Shown: positions 12,001-19,500 of the stretch, one piece after another
How the letters are laid out: each line of letters starts with the position of its first letter
Numbering within the stretch: the first letter of the stretch is position 1
The notes under the pieces: generated by a model
What the model saw: the letters and a program-made list of their open reading frames with translations, nothing else
Told to the model about the DNA's origin: nothing
The model's database searches: none
DNA from: Barthelona sp. PCE
Taxonomy: Eukaryota
Assembly: GCA_040285745.1 (NCBI GenBank)
Contig: JAUFOR010000001.1
Span: forward strand, 310,001-374,000
Reading direction: 5' to 3'
DNA length: 64,000 nucleotides
Made by a program: the position numbers and the translations under genes

Positions 12001-12124
12001 GGATAAATGCAAGAATAGGATGTTGTAGTGTATCAAAGGCATCATCTGAAATTGTTGAAATACGTTGACACCTATGAAGCAGCCGCTTGAGAAGGAAGCT
12101 CTTTTGCTCCTGACTCAACAGCAT
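1..12124 (-). CDS. Giant (>4040 aa, 3'-truncated by window) highly divergent dynein heavy chain-like protein
   Basis: ATG at 12124 (MLLSQEQKSFLLKRLL...). I hand-translated >200 codons at the start plus blocks at about 5.3-5.9 kb and 1-60; all are open in the same frame. Absence from the ORF track is consistent with no stop before the window edge. Near aa 2120-2230, PPMLTPDIYRVL...YLHGEMAHMLP...FYIFDC...IACFNHFNVL...CIVCSTDPNY aligns to dynein AAA1 (RLVITPLTDRC...GPAGTGKT...VFNC...GCFDEFNRI...FITMNPGY). A coiled-coil/globular/coiled-coil stalk-like region lies at about 700-1500. Confidence 0.75.
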   Translation of the reverse strand, partial: MLLSQEQKSFLLKRLLHRCQRISTISDDAFDTLQHPILAFILDATTRTLTIDPEDNTWCTNSQQMLNINKTCIFFVKPFHYDSIEYSDLAELVDQLLIIEGNTSSLGDGVLDILNRILKKPQKQRLDFITEDIVTESTANISEIDDTNVIKTIFNLFDDSEFFDTIHIPNETVIDYGRKVLALIERMFNLQHIIDKPSNEHFFYSSRIEQIENVLKVLKQRNFVAFLKHFETIDINIVISIKGKVKELKEFHNDVKFVALYLNFLNPFLLDLETSSVEEFPRLSQNIICIFEALHLVFQKNSFYCSERNLNLLISSISNEIMLKAKKYLISDSMFDLSLVFDEEGKLLSTPFVNFCDNTVIIIQKIKTTLFICNFVRQMFFHYRNLNTSINSDNAWIELKSVDAFGELSSFIEFIGHVEEFLLRVVEFSSLRNGINMQVFSMDSNEWISTYSTLIVTYEAYIVDFLRNLLDSSHSNILFIDNSYFFEQFNKFRTKLLSLNHSICEKLNETIFTFQNFESYFRFMISLQNVLMNRSYFYINRYYYRLLLLGYGFLNNILIQIRTFLHEIGEIIGVEKVSMTINNYCLPNLDNDQSFVIELHENLKNTKSILHFEFLNLINQNNNFLNKISQLFNDLDTTHLESYIDEDITDKELKKIAQEFNEFVDTLDANPSLLLPSKNNSSFDSPNVILRFSDNLSEFITSLLNLNIELKLAFIESFCSAVEKKVPTIEDFFMSSILYKDEMDYLQLNLFEDYWIFEEVYKFYSIVKKSTFFKNGTDISDAIKSNLPSKIIEYSNFFIRFQNLLSTLTVSCRKFNKIQANFNNIFYRLLEEDFKSVHNDIKVACNDMIWKTPNVNAFSEMFSNDINILTDKAQSIFDIIDFIVNFFDPLSSDNRILALYFIDADFVDVYNENITHLSKLVSVFDTFNEQLLALIEKARTQVFVTRLDKHWQDFTSHISSLLVKKTEEALVITLQGLKQVFDVQEGGSFLKGRVYLAGDSIKSIPDYHLGNALKIVDNEDQCVWKVLLDDNFNSVHISNSSGLDLFVEQLLHRLFVSFKTLILPGTALSKSNTGSLELSTPRMSVKKLIVVGQPIIEALFDNPTINDLVKSIFSNVTQFAQTMNIIIDDQYTKFSVLFDSIKLNQVLQLDNISKLVDDVDKKTQNDEHVTRLAKFKVVASQKKFFDMLKPKIELLEEISDLTQAISLSNQVIFVNFDLSPFADSMCSKYYSIMFKVKKLLNTTLIQISNHIRMYLDTSLTNILESRKQLEHSDIDQKVHVVEAISKQIRDLSLNDKRFKQMKNFCISIVKVYENSSALRYETETLTKVHRLLKACDSLEARISSGVEALQSQITRNMQTFVGKIEEAATVISKQIEELNNTVLSAVPFGDTKLGVFSEHFGATVSQSLEIISNHYSELDSLRLEADELKGYSRIVKTSIVIPKFSCLSVLNDYKQLWSIFETVLITMEELDSTFKNFNHELFLNGMKEIAETLQTFKSADLMEHINVLMQEIDEIISITEVVCQLYGVSEYFWVLLSNLTNMNFSSTLDFNARQCFKTFFNNENNYDKLKSLVRQSYDEREVEIVFSDLESMWLIKHLAFDHLVMDIDSESLFFKKLDQFMPELLSFVDERSKVQLNLPYFTDLSLFSEYSFEESPFAQALHFPEILKSPFSEVVCFKMPIFRMLSNSNEKISVAMSYFTQRFGGKLQAWSKSLKNLRSLMSVLFNTNMLFETMLFCVYEFSRNGQEHIPLIDDIMKQCTSYFSLIKDMSSIGCVLDMYSENRIDQLSLYCRVFASQLNEFLPTMYPTWVARAAYLGYVQPINLAVNAVLIQKFRNNPYIFGNFSSENAAIQLSFTQLGPNTDGFRIDEEGMITHLIDQSHRLVQHRHHKFVGDLHSIAEFFGGFLGEFGAHVRGEWMVFLDIHPGMLKLSPSEFVDKLNSFDKIDHPLYMRRYHLYDYLQHHEQHSANNFVSILLEIFNILNEDDTSTMFKFDDDNDVVHYFRYLLPFILKHQALPVKVPIPVTETDLANLPVCSEMNMENVDEFVTPVDDSNLIFETKYIDCTFEEIEDYQINSYKANQIFKNNIIFVFDEEGSTHINSSKLKFPRTIVSNDLPPMLTPDIYRVLSICFECFSLKSIVYLHGEMAHMLPMLRLAFLGYIMAPFYIFDCIQLANDLLNDKNELNADLMMSRVEFFVSAGEKTTTIACFNHFNVLPVKVQTLIIERYANSDCRCIVCSTDPNYSLPQLDCVTIDLHTHWNHSGSSILYEAMAFVPVLTKKRIPHVMGTLYELSNFLNEIYWILRSFGVRVHFNETAQRMILCGSIHLYEFILTNTLGLPTAEEDIRFFYFKRCMAYSTFKYLQNQGHLCIQSQYSSDFSSMGSLSLYDIVIKSFKNFDQYFEALSEIELPFSMFSGLNLDVLMNDDGCLAFVDNMIDRFKFSDTVVVMSTRSHPSSMYAVAKDLISNFTMFTKRTSRLAEDDDTTIVQSFFINASSFSSVGNVNLHFKNEGFRISSSIYNESIERGFNFNNLPNIFIYIYTLDPLDSYSNTMVSVIKYAVSNLFYFKVTPTIKVIHFMTSAPSYMPILNGIIDEVYLDTIYGGIDENPTLMKQTSVRLNNMSLIAEKQIFYLDPILKNDALSIKIDHSKINTTHKLLKFHYFNSCSYSMKFGGGEVFDYFINTLYKVFTRYSSNLKDFQTVLFNASSRIENVLWIYSSVKEKTTNKLQFLLWLFYCFGFYLGVQESELSFLSQYFVAECQKCAAIIDNQNGQTLFKSSLVSKENISNTARSGFSIGNVPLKKSVRQTDRDSNRTHRTQQNSIVIDDIDIHGIQNNEIELFEKEDKRDSMTHILDVYFDSLRNDMDNGKPLNATIFLNNYYRFVHYDQFDVPKRFNDLGTNSIFMYIHIFPTFSAKHVVRLMYQTLPLYNRNTIKPSRKGDHFVLVFENVHFASNSVLNLMQSVLNNHEFYIPHHNLTVKFENTSFLMIGRFNLPVFHPVSSTFAHLNQAVQNMFVITFSDLKKQSFVKHTVDFVTKKLSLVDTKHIELVETVFNTLSFLIHKFKSALKQDVTHPYLAFSSFHVQTFAHYLCAHVPNSETFEVAFTSHFIFLLCIFYLNRLDTQSQKTFVIKTIDQAISHFFTGDVIEQLPKTDNLFFLHKKALQLVNKHSTTGEPISHDNISNGDLSLIFDKDVLRFRLFRALHFANPNMDIRVGSSDILSVSSWLYALTTPGLHITFLYPLSITIEQIIKPYAPLINSVRKFVPFHITFEKSIETLYEAVYTSVVLKESVIFFFDQNFWLHGDNHPTVADDFTALLIDSTAVDTKFNLLIRNSLFFSEKQLDKLKEACIADVTLGSTVEDLICERLYKNLNFITLFPPSLFSNPSCVKRVLPILSRTIVFQNVSYNKVDYVQIVTDLILILERKQKSNEKSKDIQRMQRMFHRSTMDSAYQLCSTQSKEDYAHFFSFMFLTTKSLMQKLIYLPSSPYGFQFAWGRNSISPGVQDVQFDTLFMNIINSFYHIVGNLKKFELEKNHVRILLISFIGWMQQSMNQNHQQLLSTSCNLSKVQEKSRKLRKKLSGIKIKISEFEETVVVQQDNIAKLQGKINGLTQEHDNLKNEFGECQEKHSAFMQRILEFDQNSVNDVLLLRNDADDISSLNMFASAFSGLFNQGDKFANFDDFRKCFFSLNTFFSSIESFSFESLSGLFVQNIHQKLIQCESCIRSLNSPTLVILFDFCILSLELGQKYHKVEDKHLMILNCNRELNILESNHLSKIQLIKNANNLYSADFKQFVDLNVKQSRYHINIQDIEAVGHLFNQIYQSLDVISDQFPNIIKSTSVIDHEFSEIESGSEGVPLTTEWSLTDDFEDVLETEPNYNTATTQSMMDELATPVKIMSSINFDEKDVKLKQNDPNEMSLFEGAVLSCLPLFVMFPQTRSHLVFEHAVNNLISKQLVPSSMIDDMDSDKDVSLRTFKVITDLLSREFIRNHKQTGLEQLEVSVEAVQKVCSFSKQIKEKERERALNPSSFAPSSLSHTILTSK

Positions 12125-12883
12125 TTAAATGCTCTTATTATTAAAAAAGGAAGGGAAAAAGTACTAACATATTGTATGTAAAAAATTAGTGCTTGTAAAT
12201 AGGAGGAGACGTTTTAAAACGTCTGAACAACACATTTAATGATGGTCAATATGATATAAATGCAGCAAATTCATAAATTGGAAAATGTGAGGTATCTACT
12301 TCTTTAAAAGCATATTTAAATGTATATATGTGCATTTAAGGGTATCAAAACACCGAGAAAGGTTTAAAACTCGAATATAAGCATTAGAAAATATCATGTT
12401 TCTGTCGTTTTACTGAAGAAAAATAAGGGGTTGTGTGATATTTGACTGTGTAGATGTGTGTCTAATTGTTTATATCCCACAATGTTTTGCAGATTTTTTT
12501 ATCATCTTTTTTGTGATTAATAACAAGCAGGAAGGCATTATATATTTCTGAACAATATGTGTAAGACACGTTATAGTAGTAAAAACGAAGCATGATGCAT
12601 GAACGAATTTTTATTCTGTATTATGGTTGTATGATTCATGTTTCAGTCGTATGCAACCAAACATCACATGAATGGAAGTGTGAATGTGAAGATACTATCA
12701 TCATAACATCAGTTTTTGGAAAAATTATGGTCCTACTCCGAGTCCAACACTATGTACTGTCCTAAAAGGACATCTGAGTCTCAATTTGATGCATTTTACC
12801 AATGAACAGTGGTATAGTGTTATCGAGTATGCTTTTTGCTTTTTTCCCTTTCTGTCATTTTGCTGATAAATTCAACAACGAAC

Positions 12884-13654
12884 ATGGATAGCAATAACAA
12901 CAACGTATACAGAAAGGCCATTGAGAACACTTCAAATGTAGGTAACTTTACTCTTTTAACAAATAAGTATTGTCTTGTTGGTAAAGGTGCTTCAGCTGAT
13001 AATCTATATGAGTTTTATGTTGAAAAATTGTCCAATGTGATGCCTGTGCTCCAATGTTCTTTGGGAGGTGGTTTAAACGCTATTGGTACACTTGGTTGCG
13101 GTAATTCCAACGGACTTGTCGTTCCTTACTCCACTACAGATCAAGAGCTTCAATATTTGCGTAATATGTTGCCCGATGAAATTAACGTGCAGCGTGTTGA
13201 AGATAAATACACATGTTTAGGAAATTGTTTATGCGTAAATGATCACTATGGTATTGCCCATCCTCAGTTAGACAACGAGACAGTTGAGATCATTGAAGAT
13301 GTCTTAGGAATTAGCTTGTACAAAACTACTGTTGCAAATGAAGCTCTTGTCGGTACATTTGCCATTATCACAAATAAGGGCGGTCTTGTACATCGTTCTT
13401 GTTCCAACAGAAAGCTTGAAGAGCTTGCTAGTCTACTTTGTGTGCCACTTCATAAGGGTACTGTTGCATTTGGTACTACTTCTGTACGCTGTGCTTTGGC
13501 AGTGAATGATTTCTTTGCCTGTGCTGGTTTTGAAACAACTGCACCCGAATTGGCTGTCATCATTAAGGCATTTGGCTTGGAAAGCGAACTGGATGCTGAT
13601 CAGGATGAGTTGAGAAACGCCATTATTGAGAAGCTTATGGAGTATGATGGATGA
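12884..13654 (+). CDS. EIF6: Eukaryotic translation initiation factor 6
   Basis: Motifs ENTSNVGNFTLLTNKYCLV, GNSNGLVVP, TTDQEL, LGNCLCVND, VGTF and TTAPEL. First ATG at 12884; the track start is a TTG. Confidence 0.97.
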   Translation: MDSNNNNVYRKAIENTSNVGNFTLLTNKYCLVGKGASADNLYEFYVEKLSNVMPVLQCSLGGGLNAIGTLGCGNSNGLVVPYSTTDQELQYLRNMLPDEINVQRVEDKYTCLGNCLCVNDHYGIAHPQLDNETVEIIEDVLGISLYKTTVANEALVGTFAIITNKGGLVHRSCSNRKLEELASLLCVPLHKGTVAFGTTSVRCALAVNDFFACAGFETTAPELAVIIKAFGLESELDADQDELRNAIIEKLMEYDG

Positions 13655-13693
13655 TATCTAAATAGATAGAGTAGATTAGGAATAAACTGCATT

Positions 13694-16288
13694 TTACTCA
13701 AGGGTAAGTTGACTAGTGTACGTTCCACGGTTAATTGTGTGTACACCATGCTTCTGAATCATGGAAATAGCACCCGTAGGACAGCAAGAACAACAAAGAG
13801 TACAACCCATACACTGATCCGTAATAATGGGTTTCAATTCAGGGGTGGAGAAAATCGCTTGATAACCACAGTCAGCACATGTCTGAAGACATCTGAGACA
13901 ACCAATACATTTGTCATTGTCGATTTCGGCCTTAACCTGATAAGATCTCTCAATGTGCTCCAGACCAGGAACAAGATGCTTCATAGCACGATTGAGAATG
14001 GGTTCACCATGCTTGTATGTACGCCACTTAAGACCGTATATCATATCAAACACCTTACTATAACCTTCGTTGTGGAGAATTGAAGACATTTGAACTGCAT
14101 TAGAACCCACACTGATGAGCTCAGCAGCAGTGTTACCACCTTCAACACCACCAATACCCAGAATAGGAAGCTCAGGGAATCGAGATCTAATGCTGGAGAT
14201 CATGCGAAGTGCAACTGGGCGGATACTGTTTCCACTTAGTCCACCATAGGAAGCTTTACCTTTGACATTGGGCCATGGAATACCCTCATCATCAACCTTA
14301 AGAAGAGCGGAGATGGTGTTGATAGTGGAGATACCATCACATCCACCACGCACAGCAGCAGCAGCAACTTCTGTGATATCAGTAATGTTAGGGGTGAGTT
14401 TGATGAAGACAGGTTTAGTTGCAACTTCTTTAATGAAACGAGTAATGCGCTCAACACTTTCAGGGTCTTGACCAAGTGCAATACCAGTACCTTTATCACC
14501 AGAATGAGGACAAGAGAAATTGGCTTCGTACATATCGAAAGGTGCCTCTTCAAGATCAAGAATAAGGTTTTGCCAGGCCTCCTTCTCATCAACGGTAGAG
14601 AGAGATGCAATGACAACGGCCTCAGGGAATGCTTCTTTCAGTTCAACACACTTCTGTTTCCAATAAGCGGGAGTTTTCTCAGTGAGCAACTCAATGTTCA
14701 GGAATTCATTTCTATTTGATTGTGAGAGGCCATATCCGGTCATGGATCCGATACGGGGCGATACGTTGGTTGTAATGCGCTTGGGATCATCTTCAGTCAT
14801 AGTTTTGATGACAGCAAATCCGAACCCCTGCTTGAAAGCGCGCCCAATCATATTTCCACCAGTGGTGGGAGGAGCAGAAGCTAAACCGAAGGGGGTTGGG
14901 AATTTGACACCACATATTTCAGTGGAAATATCTACCTCATCAACAAGACATGTAAACATTGGAAGTTCAACAGCAGAAGGATCTATTTCACGAAGAGAAG
15001 CATGTATGTTAATGGCACCTTGTTTACCGGCACCAACAGCCTCAACAACAGTGCCCGTTCCGATAACATCACCGCCAGCATGTTTGTGCATTATCTTACT
15101 ATCATGAGAGAAACCAAATGCGACAATGACAACATCAGCAGCCATGGGAAACTCGAATTCACCGATTTCATACTCGCCAGTACTACCACGGAAAAAGTGC
15201 TTACACATAAGTTTGTCACCGTCAATTGACTGAGGATAAGTGTTGGGATATAATTCAACACCCTCACTTTGAGCGCTTTCCAAATCCTCTTTGGTAGCAC
15301 GGAAGTCTAGAACACCTCTTCTGGCGACAACACCAACCGACGCGCATTCAAGGCGAAGAGCAGTTCGGGCGCAATCAAGTGCGGTATCACCGGCTCCAAG
15401 AACAAGTACTCGTTTGCCTTTGACAATATCATGTGCCTTGTTGATATCCTCGATAGCCAATTTAAGCCAGCCATCAGCAGGGATGGCGCCTTGGAGGGAT
15501 TGGGGTAGTCTTGAACGACCAGATCCAACACCAACAAACAATGATGCAAGGTTCTCCTGCAAAACAAAACCTTCAAGGTCCTCAAGATCAACACGTGTGT
15601 TTGTACGTATCTCAACACCGAGGTTACGAACACGGTGCACTTCTTCGTTGATGGTGGCAAGTGGAAGTCTGAAACGGGGGAGTGCAGTGGATAATCGTCC
15701 ACCAGCATGATCAGAAGCTTCGTAGATGGTGATGTTATGGTACCCTAAACGTGCAAGATATGTAGCACAACTCAAACTAGCAGGACCAGAACCAACAAGA
15801 CCAATTTTTTCATCATAAATGCTCTTAGGCTTTGTTTCTTCAATTTGTTGCTTTGACCACCAGTCCATAACAAAAGCTTGGAGCGCACGGACACGAATTG
15901 GGCCTCCGAGCTTACCTTCCAGATTACATCCAGAACGACAAGGAGCAGGGCAGATATATCCCGTTGAAGCTGCACAAGGGGAGTCACTAAGGAGGATTTT
16001 TGCTGCAGCGTAGAAATCACGAGAAGAAATAGCTGAAATAAAGGCTCTAACATTGATGTTAGAAGGGCAGGCAAGTGAACAAGGAGCAGGATTGCCACTA
16101 CAGTGAAGGCACCTTTGGGATTCTGCAACAGCCTCAGCCTCAGTAATGATTTCTTGATCTAACTCAAAGTTGAGATGGATATTTGAAGTATTTTTGCCAT
16201 TTCTGATAGAACTGCTAGAACCACTGTGTGGCTTGGATGCATTACTAGGAGCACATGCTAAAAACGGAATATCTTCAATATCAAGCAT
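13694..16288 (-). CDS. DPYD: Dihydropyrimidine dehydrogenase (NADP+), compact eukaryote-type
   Basis: N-terminal Fe-S cysteines (CLHC...PCSLACP), FAD motif GSGPASLSCATYLARLGY, NADPH motif GAGDTALDCA, PFGLASAPP, NIELL, active-site NFSCPH, KLTPNITDI, and a C-terminal 2x[4Fe-4S] ferredoxin domain. Confidence 0.96.
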   Translation of the reverse strand: MLDIEDIPFLACAPSNASKPHSGSSSSIRNGKNTSNIHLNFELDQEIITEAEAVAESQRCLHCSGNPAPCSLACPSNINVRAFISAISSRDFYAAAKILLSDSPCAASTGYICPAPCRSGCNLEGKLGGPIRVRALQAFVMDWWSKQQIEETKPKSIYDEKIGLVGSGPASLSCATYLARLGYHNITIYEASDHAGGRLSTALPRFRLPLATINEEVHRVRNLGVEIRTNTRVDLEDLEGFVLQENLASLFVGVGSGRSRLPQSLQGAIPADGWLKLAIEDINKAHDIVKGKRVLVLGAGDTALDCARTALRLECASVGVVARRGVLDFRATKEDLESAQSEGVELYPNTYPQSIDGDKLMCKHFFRGSTGEYEIGEFEFPMAADVVIVAFGFSHDSKIMHKHAGGDVIGTGTVVEAVGAGKQGAINIHASLREIDPSAVELPMFTCLVDEVDISTEICGVKFPTPFGLASAPPTTGGNMIGRAFKQGFGFAVIKTMTEDDPKRITTNVSPRIGSMTGYGLSQSNRNEFLNIELLTEKTPAYWKQKCVELKEAFPEAVVIASLSTVDEKEAWQNLILDLEEAPFDMYEANFSCPHSGDKGTGIALGQDPESVERITRFIKEVATKPVFIKLTPNITDITEVAAAAVRGGCDGISTINTISALLKVDDEGIPWPNVKGKASYGGLSGNSIRPVALRMISSIRSRFPELPILGIGGVEGGNTAAELISVGSNAVQMSSILHNEGYSKVFDMIYGLKWRTYKHGEPILNRAMKHLVPGLEHIERSYQVKAEIDNDKCIGCLRCLQTCADCGYQAIFSTPELKPIITDQCMGCTLCCSCCPTGAISMIQKHGVHTINRGTYTSQLTLE

Positions 16289-16361
16289 TGTTAAAGGTTT
16301 TTTTTGTAAATCTAAATCTACTTCAAAAAAATCATGGCACGCTTGTGAATAACACGCTATT

Positions 16362-16561
16362 TCGTAGGAGTAAATCTACTGAGGAGTAGACACGCGGTCT
16401 TCCCTCTTGTACTCTGTGAGTACTTACATCATTTCTTTCTCCCCTTTTATTTTAAAAAAAAAGGGCTCTAGAACAATTCTCAGTGCAAGCACAGCACTCG
16501 AGGGAGCTCGCAACTCCCGTACAAGTGTCTAACTCCGAAGTAAATTTACAACCTCCTACGA
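16362..16561. ncRNA. Candidate 200-nt rod-like structured element (ncRNA, or degenerate fold-back DNA)
   Basis: Co-linear nested stems: TCGTAGGAG/CTCCTACGA, GTAAATCTACT/AGTAAATTTAC, GGAG/CTCC, TAGACAC/GTGTCTA, TTCCCTC/GAGGGAG, CTGTG/CACAG and CCCTTTT/AAAAGGG. Confidence 0.6.
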
Positions 16562-16589
16562 GATTCAAAATTGTTATAATAATGTTTAT

Positions 16590-19500
16590 TTATACCAAGA
16601 AAGCAATGATTCCAAATAAAATCAACAAAAAGTAATGTGGATTTTGTACGCCACTGTATCCACCACTGGTAGCTATATTGTCACAATAAAACGCATATGA
16701 AATGCTTCTAACACCATAAACTTCACCTTCAGCATGTAAAACTACTTCATCAAACTCTTTCTCCACAAAAACATCAATTTCTTTCATACCTTCGTTGGAA
16801 TCACACAAAGTGACATGATGGCCTAAGGAATACGTTGTTTGAACAGCCTTTTTGTTGAAGAACAGTTCAATAACAATACGTCCTTTTGTCACAGCCAAAA
16901 TATGTAAATCAGAAGCAGTATGGCTGAATTTGATGCGCATTGGAACAATTCCACTATGGGCAGTACCATTTATAACTTCGGTGCATGCGAAAACAGTAGA
17001 GTTACCATATAAAGAAGAGCAAAGGCCGATATTCTTGCTGTTGATCATGTCAATTCGGTAAGTACGGTGGGAAAGCGGCGACGATAGAGGCTCAGCGTTG
17101 ATCTCATAATATTCAGGCTTGTTAAACACACCCTTCACAGGTTTAATATCCACAGCGGCTGTAGATCCCTTAAAGTTACTGGGGCAGCCAAATTTCTCAC
17201 ACCTCTTACCTGAAAATCCGAAGTGACAATCACAGCTACCATCTTGACACGTACCAGAACCAGAACATGCAGAGTCACAATCAGAATTTTCACAAGATGG
17301 CCCACTATAAAGCTGATCACAATGACACACGCCAGCCGAACAAAATCCTGATCCACAGCCGTTGATGCAGTCATTGGAAATAGAAATGTAGTCAATAATG
17401 AACCCACTCAGTTCAACTGACGAATCTGAACTGAACTCGACAATGACATCGCTTCCGATGATTGTTTGGTCCTCAGGCATCGAGCATCCCGTGAACGTGC
17501 TGATTAGAACATCGTCGGAATACACCCTGACAAAATCAAAGCTCTCTTCGATGCAGAACCGTTTGAACTTCAACCTAACCGCTTTTTGTCCCTCATTGGC
17601 AAGTCTCCAACGACAATTCTGGTTCGAAAAGTAGTTCAAAAGCGTCATAGGATCATTATGAGAACGAATTGTTCCCGTGAAACTTAACAAGGAAGTCTCC
17701 CCTGAACAAAGCCCATATTTGCATGAGTTTCCCAGCCAGGAGGGAGCACACTGACATACCCCATCGATACAGTTTCCGTTTGGACATCCTTCAGGGCATG
17801 GTGAGATTTCACAGAAATCACCAGTGTATCCCTTATCACAAACACAAACAAACCCATCATAAGAGCCATTGAAGCATGTTGGAACTACGGTGGATAGTGA
17901 ACTGCCGCTGATCTCCTCTGAATAAACACCGACTTCAAAGTTTTGAGGTACAATCATCAGTTTAGATGCAGAAACGGAAAATTGAAATGTACCTGAACGG
18001 GGAGCAGTGAAGAACTGGGCATTATTGATGTAGTCCCTACCAGTAAAATCATCAGGGTGATGAACGATACCGTCTGTCTGTACTACTGTGAGATGTAGTG
18101 TATTAACTAACTGAAAGATTGTGCCTGGAGATGATGCCGGATCGGTCCAAACAAGGCCAACACGGTCATTTCTTCGGAGATACGTTTCAAAAAACACAGG
18201 CTTATCAGTGCTATGGTGCACACCAGTGTATTTGGCGAACTTGAACTCGATGTCCAACAATGAAATGTATCCGGCAGGATCAAGGACAATGCCTATCTCT
18301 GCCCTAGCTGGTGCTTTCGATGAAATCATAAGAGCCAACTTCAGAAGAGCAGCAGAGCAATTGGAATGCGTCTCTACAAGCATTTCTCTCAACAAAACAG
18401 CAGCTCCAGCAACAACAGGGGCAGCCATGGACGTTCCTGACATAACAAGCGGGTTATAGTCGCAGTGATCGTCTGCACCTTCAGCTTTTGCACGAACTGA
18501 GCGCACAGGACCACCTACAGCCAAAACATCCGGTTTAAAACGTCCGTCAAGGGTGGGTCCACGGCTGGAGTATTCGGCCACAGTCTCTTCGTTATATCTA
18601 GTTGGATTGTCTTTGATGTTTGATTTCATACCACAGCAATAGTCTGGGTTTTCGTCATATGGACAACAAGCATCTAGATGACCTTGGTGTGTCGTCAGCG
18701 TTGCACCAACACCAAGTACGTTCTTTGCGTTGGCAGGAGACACAATTGTACGTCTTCCTTCATGCCCAAAGTTTCCAACTGAGAAAATCGGCAGGAAGTC
18801 TTGATTATCAAACACAAATGCATCAATATCCCGGCTAGCAAAGGTATAGGTGTTGGTTACAAACCCCCAGCTATTTGAGTGGATGCGGACATTGCACTCA
18901 TCTCTGGCAACTCTAAAAATAGAGTTTGCAATAGAAGCTGGTGTGTTAAGAACTTTACCAACCGCTAAATCAAAGAAACATATCTTTGCATCACCAGCAA
19001 CACCATCTAGCTCTTGGATTTGCGGATGTGTGTTCTCAAGCGCCTTACCTGCAATGGTTGCAGCTACATGAGTGCCATGACCATCTTTGTAATCATCTTG
19101 ATCACCGAATGAGAAGTACGCAACGACTTTACGGTGCTCCATGTTTATGTTACCAACCGGAACTTCGTGATTCGGATCATGGAAGAAGCAGCTGTTGAGA
19201 TCAATGCCACTATCAGCAATACCAACAACTGAACCAAACCCAGTGTATCTACTTCTGATTAGTGACGTTTTCGAGCCCAAGGCAACGTCTATAGCATGCT
19301 CATTGTGGAGAGAGATTGTGAAGAGTGGCTCAACATGGATTATTGCTGGAGAATTCGCAAAAGTTTCAATGACTTCATCAATCACACTCAGATCCTTCAA
19401 TTTCACAATATATGTGACGTCTGTGACCTTTTTGATGGTGAAACGGTCGTCGTCCGCATGTAACGTCAAAAGATTGGAAAAATGCGAGTGTGAGGATGCA

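Noticed and set aside
1-12124. Apparent 12-kb gene desert, suggesting an alternative genetic code or a pseudogene
   Set aside because: A single minus-strand frame is open wherever checked and runs off the window. TAA, TAG and TGA all terminate conserved genes elsewhere.
16379-16549. Hammerhead ribozyme-like CTGAGGA...CGAAG
   Set aside because: It has GAAG rather than GAAA, stem II is out of register, and there is no stem III or NUH cleavage site.
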